Positions 21,939-30,874 of a stretch of 64,000 nucleotides of DNA are shown piece by piece. The DNA comes from Coraliomargarita sp. (GTDB lineage Bacteria > Verrucomicrobiota > Verrucomicrobiia > Opitutales > Coraliomargaritaceae): assembly GCA_965216325.1 (NCBI GenBank), contig OZ244160.1, forward strand, positions 1,216,001-1,280,000. The letters run 5' to 3'. How positions within the stretch are numbered: the stretch's first letter is position 1; every line of letters starts with the position of its first letter. The position numbers and the translations under genes are program-made. The notes beneath the pieces were generated by a model. It ran no database searches and was not told where the DNA came from. It saw only the letters and a program-made list of their open reading frames with translations.

Positions 21939-22610
21939 TCAACCTAGCTTACCCAAATGCAAGGTCAGCACCCGCTGCGTACGCGCAGCAAACTCAGGGT
22001 TATGAGTCACAAGCACCAGACTCTTATTCTCTTCGGCAACCAATTCGAGTAAGAGATCCATCACGGCTTCACCAGTAGTCTCATCAAGATTACCTGTGGG
22101 CTCGTCCGCCAGAATTAATGGCGGATCATTGATCAAGGCACGTGCGACCGCAACGCGCTGACGCTCACCTCCAGACAACTTGGTCGACTGATGGCGCAAT
22201 CGATGACCCATCCCCACACGTTCCAATAAGGCACGCGCACGCTGCTCGGTCTCCTTCGTAACCCGCCCGGCGATTCGCGCGCCAAGCAAGACATTCTCCA
22301 ACGCATTCAGTTCAGGCGCCAGATAGTAAGCCTGAAATACAAAGCCCATATAGCGCACGCGCTCGGCAGCCATACTTGAAAGCGACTGCCCCGCAACCGA
22401 CTTACCATTCCATACCAGCCCCCCGGAGCTGGCGGTTTCCAAGCCAGAGAGCACGTTCAGCAGCGTCGACTTACCACTACCGGACTCCCCGCGAATACTG
22501 ATGCTCTCCCCTGCGTGGAGCGACAGATCGATGCCATCCAAGACATGAATTGGACCGTCCGGCGACGGAAAGCTTTTGGTGAGCCCTCGAGCTTCCAATA
22601 AACTGTTCAT
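21939..22610 (-). CDS. lolD: Lipoprotein-releasing ABC transporter ATP-binding subunit
   Basis: [39 protein letters not shown]; directly downstream of the LolC/E gene. Confidence 0.85.
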   Translation of the reverse strand: MNSLLEARGLTKSFPSPDGPIHVLDGIDLSLHAGESISIRGESGSGKSTLLNVLSGLETASSGGLVWNGKSVAGQSLSSMAAERVRYMGFVFQAYYLAPELNALENVLLGARIAGRVTKETEQRARALLERVGMGHRLRHQSTKLSGGERQRVAVARALINDPPLILADEPTGNLDETTGEAVMDLLLELVAEENKSLVLVTHNPEFAARTQRVLTLHLGKLG

Positions 22611-22614
22611 TAAA

Positions 22615-23844
22615 TTACTCACTACGCAAGGCATCTGCAGGTTTCAGTCGGGCCGCCCTAAAAGCCGGCAACAAGCCGGCTAAGGTTGAGATCGCGATCG
22701 CAAACGAGGTGACCACGATAAAATCCGAGGCCATATAATACACAGGGATCTGATAGGCATCATAGACCCCCAAGAAGCCAATGTCAGTTCCAGTCAGCTT
22801 GGTATAAGCAGACAAGATCGGCGAACGGTAATGCAACATCACCAAAGCCATTAGAATCCCCAGGGTATTGCCAATCACACCGATCACGAGGCCCTGAAAG
22901 CAGAAACTATACGCAACCTGTCGTGGACGCGCGCCCATCGCTACCAGTAGACCAATCTCACGCGTCTTACGCAGCACAGCCATCATCAAGGCAATCGCGA
23001 TTGAGAACGACGCGACAAGGATAATGAAAATAATGATAAAGGAGATCACCAACTTCTCCTGTTCGATCACACTGAGAAACTCGCGATTCGAAGAACGCCA
23101 GGTCTGCACATAATACTTCGAGTCAATGACTTCATCGCGTAGTCGTTCTGCAAATACATCCGCATCGACCCCCCACTGTAACTTCAGCACCACGCCATGC
23201 ACCGAATCCTCAAGGCCGTAGAGCTCCTGCATCACACGTAAGGTGCACACCATCGTATTGCTATCCACAGTAGGCGAACTGGTTTGATACAGACCAATTA
23301 CACGAAACTCCCGTGGAAGCAGCACTTCCTCCTCCTTGAGAGCCTCTAACATCAAGGGCGTGAACACCTCAACAGTGTCACCAACAGAGGCCTGCAGCGC
23401 TTGCGCAAGGCCACGCCCAAGAAAGACGCCCTCATCATCGAACTCCTCCAGATCACCCCAGGTAATGAACTCACTGAGCGGAATCACCTCTTCCTCCATC
23501 GGGTCAATCCCACGAATCCCTGGAAACTGCGGACGGTTGCGATGCTGCAGCATAACAACGCCCTCAGTATACGGCGCAACACGCTCAACCTCAGGCTGCT
23601 CGCGCAGCAAATCCATTAGATCCTCCCAGTCCTGCAGCAAGCCATGCGTGGTGATCCGCACATCACCATAGCTCTCGGAAATCTTCGTGCGAATACTTTC
23701 GCCAAAGCCGTTCATCACGCTCTGCACAATGATCAGTACGCAGACACCGAGCATCACCCCCACAATCGACATGAAGGTGAAAAACGAGAAAAAACGGCCC
23801 GATGGGAACAGTTGTTTGAGAGCGTGGTAAAGATACCAAGGCAT
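22615..23844 (-). CDS. Lipoprotein-releasing ABC transporter permease LolC/E
   Basis: [45 protein letters not shown]. Confidence 0.88.
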   Translation of the reverse strand: MPWYLYHALKQLFPSGRFFSFFTFMSIVGVMLGVCVLIIVQSVMNGFGESIRTKISESYGDVRITTHGLLQDWEDLMDLLREQPEVERVAPYTEGVVMLQHRNRPQFPGIRGIDPMEEEVIPLSEFITWGDLEEFDDEGVFLGRGLAQALQASVGDTVEVFTPLMLEALKEEEVLLPREFRVIGLYQTSSPTVDSNTMVCTLRVMQELYGLEDSVHGVVLKLQWGVDADVFAERLRDEVIDSKYYVQTWRSSNREFLSVIEQEKLVISFIIIFIILVASFSIAIALMMAVLRKTREIGLLVAMGARPRQVAYSFCFQGLVIGVIGNTLGILMALVMLHYRSPILSAYTKLTGTDIGFLGVYDAYQIPVYYMASDFIVVTSFAIAISTLAGLLPAFRAARLKPADALRSE

Positions 23845-24013
23845 AACGGTTAAGACGCTTTACTCAGTGCTCAATCGAAGTCTCATACAAGTTCTTTTAG
23901 GCCCATCGAAAGAAAATATAAAAAAACCAAAAAAGCACTTTACAGCGACGTAACATAGGCATTTAGTCCGCAACTTCTCCAAACGAACTGCTCCGGTTTG
24001 AGAGACATTAGAA

Positions 24014-24133
<120 letters not shown>

Positions 24134-24231
24134 GTGGCCCGCAGGCCGCTTTAGCACTAAGATCACGGCCAATCCGCCTGAATCGCGTCCGAACTTGGCA
24201 GCATATGGCAAAAACTGTCCACGAGGTCAAA

Positions 24232-24253
24232 TTGGCTAACACTTAGCTAACAC
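24232..24253. repeat. Tandem 11-bp repeat resembling integrase arm-type sites
   Basis: TTGGCTAACAC TTAGCTAACAC, about 140 bp downstream of the tRNA 3' end. Confidence 0.55.
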
Positions 24254-24270
24254 CCCTACTCCTCAAAAAT

Positions 24271-24504
24271 TCAGTTTAGTGTAGGACACAAGTCCCCCAA
24301 TTCATTGACCAGCACGGATGGTGAAATTTCTAGCGCGACAGACAGGCCAAAAACAGATCGCAACGACGGCTCGCGTAGCCCCCGCTCATATAGAGAAATT
24401 GTCGTGTGATGCATATTCGCACGGTGCGCGAGCTCTACTTGTGAGAGCTTGGCTCCTAAGCGATGCTCTTTGAGCACGACTCCAAATGCGGCGGCAAAAT
24501 TCAT
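24271..24504 (-). CDS. XRE-family HTH regulator (controller-protein-like)
   Basis: From ATG 24504: FGVVLKEHR...LSQVELAHRANMHHTTISLYERGLREPSL. Confidence 0.88.
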   Translation of the reverse strand: MNFAAAFGVVLKEHRLGAKLSQVELAHRANMHHTTISLYERGLREPSLRSVFGLSVALEISPSVLVNELGDLCPTLN

Positions 24505-24518
24505 TAGGACAACTGTCT

Positions 24519-24551
24519 GTGGTATCTCAGGGTTCGAGTATGAGATACTAC
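24519..24551. promoter_or_regulatory. Inverted-repeat operator between divergent genes
   Basis: GTGGTATCTCA-N11-TGAGATACTAC (10 of 11 positions pair). Confidence 0.6.
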
Positions 24552-24558
24552 GCCGCAA

Positions 24559-25338
24559 ATGAGTGATACCCTCCTAAGAGCTATTGAAGAAACACGCGCA
24601 ACTACGATTTGCTATACTGGTCCCAGACAGTCAGGAAAAACAGTTCACGCCACACTGATGGCGATCGCCCTCTGCGAAGAAGGCTATTTCGTTGGAGTTC
24701 TGGATTTGAGCCCTGACGGTTTTTTCGCAACATTCTGCGAAGGCCTTGAATCGCAGTATATGAAGATTCGCGGAGATTCGGTCGACTTTGGATGGTTGTC
24801 TCGATTCTGCAGCATGTTCGACTTTATAGTCATTGACATGCCACTAACCGCAACTCGCCCATATGAATTACAGCGAGACGCTTTACCAAAGAAAAATGAC
24901 ACTACCGAATAATCCGATCAAAGGAACTACAGTAGACACTGGTATCATAGATCCTTATCCGCTGTAGACGTAGCTCTGCTGTGCATATCCAACAACGACC
25001 AAACCTCAGCAACGAAAGACTGTATCACCACTCTCATTGATTTTAAGATCGATACCGAGTCTACGGGGATTGGTTACTTTTGGAGTAAATCTCGCGATAC
25101 AACAGAGCTCCCCAATCATACAATCCAACGACTTAAGCATGCATCTCTTCACGAAAAAGCAAATGCACTCCAGTGTTCCGACGATCACATAGATGCAATT
25201 CGCCACTCAATCGACGGGGATTATAGTGACATCCTGAACAACCCGGACTACTATCGACACTATGAGTCGATCTGGAAATCCGTCGGCCCGTATCGCCCAC
25301 AATTGCGTTATACAAAATTTCCAGAGCCAAGAGTATGA
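24559..25338 (+). pseudogene. ParA/MinD-like P-loop ATPase interrupted by an in-frame TAA
   Basis: GPRQSGKT, VGVLDLSP, FDFIVIDMP. After TAA at 24910-24912 the same frame stays open for 141 codons to TGA at 25336-25338, which overlaps the next ATG. Confidence 0.65.
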
Positions 25339-25922
25339 GCGCAGATGAATCACGCTCCAATCCAGAACTGAAATTTACCTACCACGCACAGAAACGCTTA
25401 TTGGAGCGAAGCACTGAAAGCATCCAATCCATACAATCAATCATCAGTGAAAACCGATTTCTCAGAATCGGGAGCGAAGAAAGAAGCACACGCGAGCACT
25501 TCTTGATCTACTCAACATTAGATCAACTCTGGCACGTCTTAGTTGTCGATAGCCAAACAAGTGAAGTGATTACCATACTTCCAATCGATTATCACTCCCA
25601 GACCGCTTGGGAAATTTCCAGCGCGTCACTTGAGCACTCCTACAACTTGTCAATTTCAAGGCCTCAAGAAAACCGGTCGAAGAATATTCGGATCAGCGTG
25701 ATCTACTACATCAAGTTCAAATCGCTGAAAAGAGCCAACCTTGGCCCCTGGCCGCTACCGAGTGGACGGAGCCTGTCAACCTTCATCCCTACGTCTGAGT
25801 TCTGGCAACATATCAAAGAGAAATTGAAGGCAAAAAGAGTTCCGCCACACTGCGTGGAATGCATTCACTTAAAATGCAACAAGAACTCTTCTGAGTTAAA
25901 GTTGACTGACTGGCCTCTCTAA
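25335..25922 (+). CDS. Hypothetical protein with a DUF4258-like N-terminus (possible toxin nuclease)
   Basis: KFTYHAQKRLLERS ... HVLVVD...VITILP, resembling the HAxxRxxER...VITV pattern. Confidence 0.55.
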   Translation: MSADESRSNPELKFTYHAQKRLLERSTESIQSIQSIISENRFLRIGSEERSTREHFLIYSTLDQLWHVLVVDSQTSEVITILPIDYHSQTAWEISSASLEHSYNLSISRPQENRSKNIRISVIYYIKFKSLKRANLGPWPLPSGRSLSTFIPTSEFWQHIKEKLKAKRVPPHCVECIHLKCNKNSSELKLTDWPL

Positions 25923-26111
25923 AAGCCACACATCGCGTTAGACAAAATCCTAAACGGAATCGGCTTCAGCGATAACAAAATCGAACGCCGCCAATCCTTC
26001 AAAAAGTGAATCCATCAAACGCGAGCCCCGAACCGACAGTTAGCTCATAATCGTCCTCCCAAAGAACAAAGAACAAGTGATACTACTTGCAGAGCTCAAG
26101 CCTAAGGTCAT

Positions 26112-27386
26112 TCAGCGCACCTCAAAGGTGCGTTGGGCTTGGAGTGAACGTGTTTCCAGCAGCTCGACCAGCCTATCCAATACCGGATGCTCAATCCCCT
26201 GATCGCGAAGCTCGCGATGCACCTGTCCCGCATACTCTGGTATTTGTGAAGCCATTTCGATAAGCATACGAAAAACCGACGCAACAGGAAACCCGCAGGA
26301 TCTAGCCATCTTCTCAAAATGACGCGGTTGAATCTGAGCGTCCCTGTAATAGCTGCCGATCTTCATCGCGAATCGGCAATCTTTACGACGATCCACGTAA
26401 GGTAAAAACGACGCAATATCATACAAGCGCGCAAGGCGGACCTGCTGCTGCCGTCCCAATAATAGGCTGTAATTTTTCGCATGCGCATCAGTCCCAAGGA
26501 TCAAATAGTTAAAGATGATGGCCTCCATGACCCGACGCCGGTCCTCAATCGACTGACTCGAACGATCCATCAGCGCCATCAATTGAACAATGTCAGGCCC
26601 TCCCTCGTTTTGATATTTCCGAGACGGATGCACACCAAGCGCTTGACAAACATCCTCCTGGTGAACCCGTGTAAGCTGACCATTTGCACTCACTCGGTCA
26701 TAACGTTCTACAACAATTGCGGCTTCTTCGCCAAAATACATCACCTTGCTCCGAGCAACCGACAAGCCGAGCGCAGCTGCCAAACGCAAACAGAAGTGTT
26801 CATTTTCGACATGCCCATCCAAGTCACTCCGCGGAGGCTTGAGAATATGCGTTGTAGGCTCACTGCCCCACGGCACATACCACTGTTGCCCGTGCTGCTG
26901 TAGTGCCGTTTTGGATTGAGCACCTGCCAGAGAAAACTGCCCACGGTCAGCAGGCTCTCGCCCCAAAGCCGGATCCTTCTTCAAATCGGCTAATCGCTGC
27001 TCTACATCACTTTCACTCAGAGCTTCCTTGCCGCCATCGGCGAATTCTTCCGCATCCTCGGGCCGAATGAAACGAACCGCGCCAGCGCAATCCTCCCCAA
27101 CTCCTTTGAGTAGGCTGTAGCAATTTCCCGGGCTGACATGAAAACGCTGCCCCCAGCGAGCCAAAATCAGTTCATTGTCTGGCAATAAGCCCCAGAGCCA
27201 TGGGCTAATCTTTTCATGCCCATAGTCTCGGTCATCCAAAGGAATCGCCAGCGACAATGGCACTCCGTAACCACTCCCTAGATAGCCTTCATGGTAGCGA
27301 AAACTCAATCGACCGCCCCTAGCACGCACAAGCTGCCCCATGGGGACCTCGTTTAGGAATACCTGTAATGAATCTGTTGCCATCAT
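26112..27386 (-). CDS. hipA: HipA-family toxin kinase
   Basis: N-terminal coupling domain (LSLAIPL...GLLPDN); FSLAGAQSK, ERYDR, HQED, DAHAKNYS, LYDI. Confidence 0.95.
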   Translation of the reverse strand: MMATDSLQVFLNEVPMGQLVRARGGRLSFRYHEGYLGSGYGVPLSLAIPLDDRDYGHEKISPWLWGLLPDNELILARWGQRFHVSPGNCYSLLKGVGEDCAGAVRFIRPEDAEEFADGGKEALSESDVEQRLADLKKDPALGREPADRGQFSLAGAQSKTALQQHGQQWYVPWGSEPTTHILKPPRSDLDGHVENEHFCLRLAAALGLSVARSKVMYFGEEAAIVVERYDRVSANGQLTRVHQEDVCQALGVHPSRKYQNEGGPDIVQLMALMDRSSQSIEDRRRVMEAIIFNYLILGTDAHAKNYSLLLGRQQQVRLARLYDIASFLPYVDRRKDCRFAMKIGSYYRDAQIQPRHFEKMARSCGFPVASVFRMLIEMASQIPEYAGQVHRELRDQGIEHPVLDRLVELLETRSLQAQRTFEVR

Positions 27387-27391
27387 CAGGC

Positions 27392-27685
27392 TTACACCAA
27401 TTTGTCGATGTCGGGATACTCAACCATTGCTGCGTCCGTCTCAGAGTCAGGCCCACGACTCGATTCAGAACTTTGCGTATATAAATCAATCTCGAGATAG
27501 GCGACCAAACGCAACACCTGCCCAATCCACGTCCTCTGGGAGCCCTGCTCCACACGAGAAAGCCACGCCTGCGTCGTGCCAAATTCAGCAGCAAGCTCAC
27601 GCTGTGATTGACCACGCTTGCGGCGTGCCTGCTCAATCAGAACGCCCAAGTCCTGAGGACTTCGCACTGCATATTTCGAATCCAT
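27392..27685 (-). CDS. hipB: HipB-like HTH antitoxin
   Basis: From ATG 27685: VRSPQDLGVLIEQARRKRGQSQRELAAEFGTTQAWLSRVEQG; immediately upstream of hipA. Confidence 0.88.
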   Translation of the reverse strand: MDSKYAVRSPQDLGVLIEQARRKRGQSQRELAAEFGTTQAWLSRVEQGSQRTWIGQVLRLVAYLEIDLYTQSSESSRGPDSETDAAMVEYPDIDKLV

Positions 27686-27699
27686 ACCAACATCACAGC

Positions 27700-27773
27700 T
27701 GACATTAACATCAATGTCAATAGTAATGACATTGAAACCAATATCAATCAAAATGACACTAACTTCAATATCG
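27700..27773. promoter_or_regulatory. Three tandem palindromic operators TGACATT-N6-AATGTCA
   Basis: Copies start at 27700, 27727 and 27754 (27-bp period), upstream of hipB. Confidence 0.75.
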
Positions 27774-27927
27774 CGACCGAGGCACTACCATTCGACTGGT
27801 AAACTAACAGCTCTTCAAAAATAGATTCCTTCAAGCTCATATCTTACGCCCCTTAGCGCTCCCCATCGGACACTTGCTGTCCTATATTAATTGCTCATCG
27901 CGAAAACTGCGCCAGATCAACATTAAA

Positions 27928-27982
27928 TCTTAATATTTTAACACTTGAAGTTATTTAACGCTTTAATCTTAATATATTAAGA
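27928..27982. promoter_or_regulatory. Two palindromic operators TCTTAATATATTAAGA
   Basis: Perfect copy at 27967-27982 abutting the ATG; imperfect copy at 27928-27943; a TTGAAG -35-like hexamer lies between them. Confidence 0.7.
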
Positions 27983-28291
27983 ATGTTTAAATTTAAGACA
28001 GAGCAGGAAATTGCCCAGCATGTTGCGAGTCGAATCCGTGCTGTGAGGGTTTCGCAGCAATTAACCCAGAAGGTGCTCAGCCAGCGTTCCGGGGTCTCGC
28101 TGGCATCCTATCAACGCTTCGAGCAGACCGGGCGCATTGAATTCCTGAGTCTTATCAAGGTTGCGCAGGCACTTCACTTGGAAGACGACTTTGAAGGATT
28201 GTTTGATCGCCGTAGCGCAATGACCTTGGATCAAATCGAACAACGAGCACAGCCAGCCACACGCAAAGGACGTGTCTATAAGCACTCATGA
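27983..28291 (+). CDS. XRE-HTH antitoxin of the second hipBA module
   Basis: LTQKVLSQRSGVSLASYQRFEQTGRIEFLSLIKVA; ATGA overlap with the HipA gene. Confidence 0.88.
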   Translation: MFKFKTEQEIAQHVASRIRAVRVSQQLTQKVLSQRSGVSLASYQRFEQTGRIEFLSLIKVAQALHLEDDFEGLFDRRSAMTLDQIEQRAQPATRKGRVYKHS

Positions 28292-29520
28292 AACGCCTGA
28301 ATGTAATGCTTGGCAGCAGGCATGTGGGCGAGCTTCTGGCTCAGGATGGGGCTCACTACTTTAGCTACAGCGAAGATTTCCTACAAGACCCGCTGCCCTT
28401 GTCACCTTACGAACTACCCGCAGCTCCCGGCACCACACATCACACGAAAGGTTATTTCGCGACACTGCCGGGGCTAGTTTATGACTCGCTGCCAGATCGC
28501 TTTGGTATGTCCGTGTTACGTGCGGCGTTTCGCGCCCAGGATATCCCCAGCCCGAGTCCGCTACAGATGCTAAGCTATTTAGGTGAACGAACTATGGGTG
28601 CCTTGAGTTATGAGCCCTGCAAAGAGGATCTGGATGCACAACAAGCCATCGATCTAGTCAGTACTGCACGATCAGCGAAGGAGATTCTGGCCTACGAACA
28701 TGGCGAGAACTTGGATCCTGCTATCATGCGGGCGGGCGGCACAGCCGGAGGCGCAACTCCTAAGCTGCTCGCAGCGATCTCTGCTGATAACGGGAAAATT
28801 ATCACCGGTGCGAGCGAGATTCCGTCGGGGATGCAGGCTTGGTTGATCAAGTTAAATACCGCCGAGCAACAAGCCGCCGCACTTGCGCAACTGGAGCATG
28901 CTTACTTTCAGATGGCTCGCACTGCCGGTATTCGAGTTCCCAATACGCAATTGCTCTCCGACGCCAACGACGTTCAACACTTTGCAATCGAACGCTTTGA
29001 CCGTGATCTGAAGAATCCCAATCAGCGTATCCACATCCACAGCTATGCCGCAATGGCCGGACTCGATTTCAGCGCACCGGACTGCGACTATGAAGACCTC
29101 TTGCGCCTGACCAAGCACCTGACCCGCAACTTCGAGGATGTCTCTGAGCAGTTCAGACGCATGCTGTTCAATTTGTTGGCCTGCAACCGCGATGACCATG
29201 CGAAGAACTTTTCGTTCCAGATGGATGCGAGTGGCCATTGGAGCCTCACGCCCGCATACGACTTACTCTATACTGACAACGAGCTCGGCGGCAACTGGAT
29301 GCTACTTAGTGGCAAGCGCAGTAACATTTGCTATGACGATTTATTGAAACTCGCAGAACTGATGGGGATATCGAAGCGTCGCTTTGATGAGATGCTCTCA
29401 GAGGTGCAAGACGCACTCGCACAGTGGCAAGACATCGCAAAACAAAGTGGCGTCGGAACCGGGCTACGTAGAACCGTGCAAATCGTGCTAAAGGACCTGA
29501 ACAAGCAATTAAAGCAGTAG
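28288..29520 (+). CDS. hipA: HipA-family toxin kinase (second, divergent subfamily)
   Basis: DSLPDRFG, MGALSY, GTAGGATPK, WLIK, ERFDR, NRDDHAKNFSF, LTPAYDL. Confidence 0.93.
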   Translation: MKRLNVMLGSRHVGELLAQDGAHYFSYSEDFLQDPLPLSPYELPAAPGTTHHTKGYFATLPGLVYDSLPDRFGMSVLRAAFRAQDIPSPSPLQMLSYLGERTMGALSYEPCKEDLDAQQAIDLVSTARSAKEILAYEHGENLDPAIMRAGGTAGGATPKLLAAISADNGKIITGASEIPSGMQAWLIKLNTAEQQAAALAQLEHAYFQMARTAGIRVPNTQLLSDANDVQHFAIERFDRDLKNPNQRIHIHSYAAMAGLDFSAPDCDYEDLLRLTKHLTRNFEDVSEQFRRMLFNLLACNRDDHAKNFSFQMDASGHWSLTPAYDLLYTDNELGGNWMLLSGKRSNICYDDLLKLAELMGISKRRFDEMLSEVQDALAQWQDIAKQSGVGTGLRRTVQIVLKDLNKQLKQ

Positions 29521-29610
29521 CTCCTCCCCTCGCTAAATCGCATCACGCATTGATCGTTCATGCTGATGAAACGCCTTCAAAAAGCTTTTCCTCAAATGAG
29601 TGATTAGATG

Positions 29611-30114
29611 TCAAGAATCCAGCATTGCTCTCCCAAGCCAAGAGTCCGGCACAATGTTGAGTTGAACATCACCATCATCAACAATCGCGTAAGCAGACTG
29701 TGCCATGTCGATACAATAGGAACGTCCTTTCTGTGTCTGCTTCGCACAACGCGTATGTCCGACAATCTGCGGGACTTCTAAGCTGTCTTCAAATTCATCA
29801 TCCCAGTCCAGCCACAATGGGCCGCCATGGGGTGCGATACCACCACGCGCAGCTCCAGCAGCGAAGATGGGATCTTGAGCCTCCTGATAAATATGCTCGA
29901 AGGCATACTCCCAGTAAGCATCAAAGCGCTTCATCTTTTCCTCCGGAGTCTTTCCGGACTCCGACCACCAGTTGGGATGCACACCCGCATGAGAAAACAA
30001 CCAGCCGTCGAGTAGAACGGCGCCTTTAAGCCCTTTCCAGAATGACTCTGTCCATGCGGTGTTGATAATCTCGGCGCGTTCACAGGTCGTCGATCCAAGC
30101 CACTGACTGATCAC
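29611..30114 (-). pseudogene. C-terminal remnant of a calcineurin-like metallophosphoesterase
   Basis: FSHAGV, GGPLWLDW and QIVGHT are present. The N-terminal DxH/GD/GNH motifs are absent and an in-frame stop lies just upstream. Confidence 0.7.
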
Positions 30115-30411
30115 TGGGTTCGGCTTGCCGGTATGCGATTCTCGAACCAGCTAAGTTCCACACAACGCCAACGGCAAAGCTTATTCAGAGCTGGGCTTGA
30201 GGACATCCTTAGAATGATCCAACAGCGATACTCGGAGCATTCAAAGACTAGACAGTATGCCAGATGTCAAATGGACGCATTTCAAGCTTGGCTTAAAAGC
30301 GATTGCTGCGAGGAGATTTTTCTCGTGTAATGTGAACTGCAGTAGAAAATCTACTGTCCACGCTCGGAACTTGCACTTAATGCAATTGTCCGTTCAATAG
30401 TTCTAATTGTT

Positions 30412-30768
30412 ATGCGCATCTACCTCTACAGCCTACTTGCTCTACTGCCACTCTTTGGCCTACCCTTGAGTGCAACTGCCTGTAGCTGTAATCACGCAGA
30501 AAGCACTAATTCTGGTATTTACACGGTGCCCTGCTGTCAGGAAATGCCTGCAGATTGCTGTGTGCAGCAGGATCAGGAGCCGAAACCGAAGGTGTATATG
30601 GTGGCGCCACAGCAGGACTCATCCAGCGCCGCACCAGCAAGCATATCTACTCTAACCGGGGAACGGGCGATTCTTCGCCCCCAGACAGGTAGTTTTTGCA
30701 ATCGGGCACGCCCCCCGCCGCTGCAAGCCAGCGAGCATCGATGCCGCATACAGTCTTGGTTGAACTGA
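30412..30768 (+). CDS. Secreted Cys-rich leader protein with RARPPP motif (DUF2946-like)
   Basis: Signal peptide; CSCNH, PCC and DCC clusters; FCNRARPPP near the C-terminus; first gene of a transporter operon. Confidence 0.7.
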   Translation: MRIYLYSLLALLPLFGLPLSATACSCNHAESTNSGIYTVPCCQEMPADCCVQQDQEPKPKVYMVAPQQDSSSAAPASISTLTGERAILRPQTGSFCNRARPPPLQASEHRCRIQSWLN

Positions 30769-30770
30769 AC

Positions 30771-30870
30771 CTGTGATTCGTTCGTCATCACGGCCATCGA
30801 TTGATGGGCGTGTTCCTCTATGTATCGGCCGGGATCCAACCGAGCCGTGTGCACTGTAAACGAATCACAG
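30771..30870 (+). promoter_or_regulatory. Intergenic RNA structure closed by a perfect 12-bp stem
   Basis: CTGTGATTCGTT (30771-30782) pairs with AACGAATCACAG (30859-30870); inner CACGGC/GCCGTG and CCATC/GATGG. Confidence 0.7.
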
Positions 30871-30874
30871 AGAT

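Larger units (their letters stand above)
24134..30400. mobile_element. Decayed tRNA-anchored genomic island (right boundary uncertain)
   Basis: Starts at the tRNA 3' end; arm-like repeats; XRE, TA modules and pseudogenes; visibly AT-richer stretches. No integrase or attR duplicate seen. Confidence 0.6.

Noticed and set aside
27686..27751. N-terminal extension of the 119-aa HipB ORF
   Set aside because: It merely reads through the operator array; ATG 27685 gives a normal-sized antitoxin.
27700..27773. Regularly spaced repeats resembling a mini-CRISPR
   Set aside because: Spacers are only 7 bp, no cas genes are present, and the position upstream of hipB fits operators.
30133..30330. 65-aa ORF between the phosphoesterase remnant and the Cys-rich leader
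   Set aside because: No recognisable motif or ribosome-binding site; possibly debris at the island edge.
30340..30385. Palindromes CAGTAGA-AAA-TCTACTG and TTGCA-CTTAA-TGCAA upstream of the leader as a MerR/CopY operator
   Set aside because: Real palindromes, but they match no operator consensus I can name and no cognate regulator is adjacent; left unassigned.
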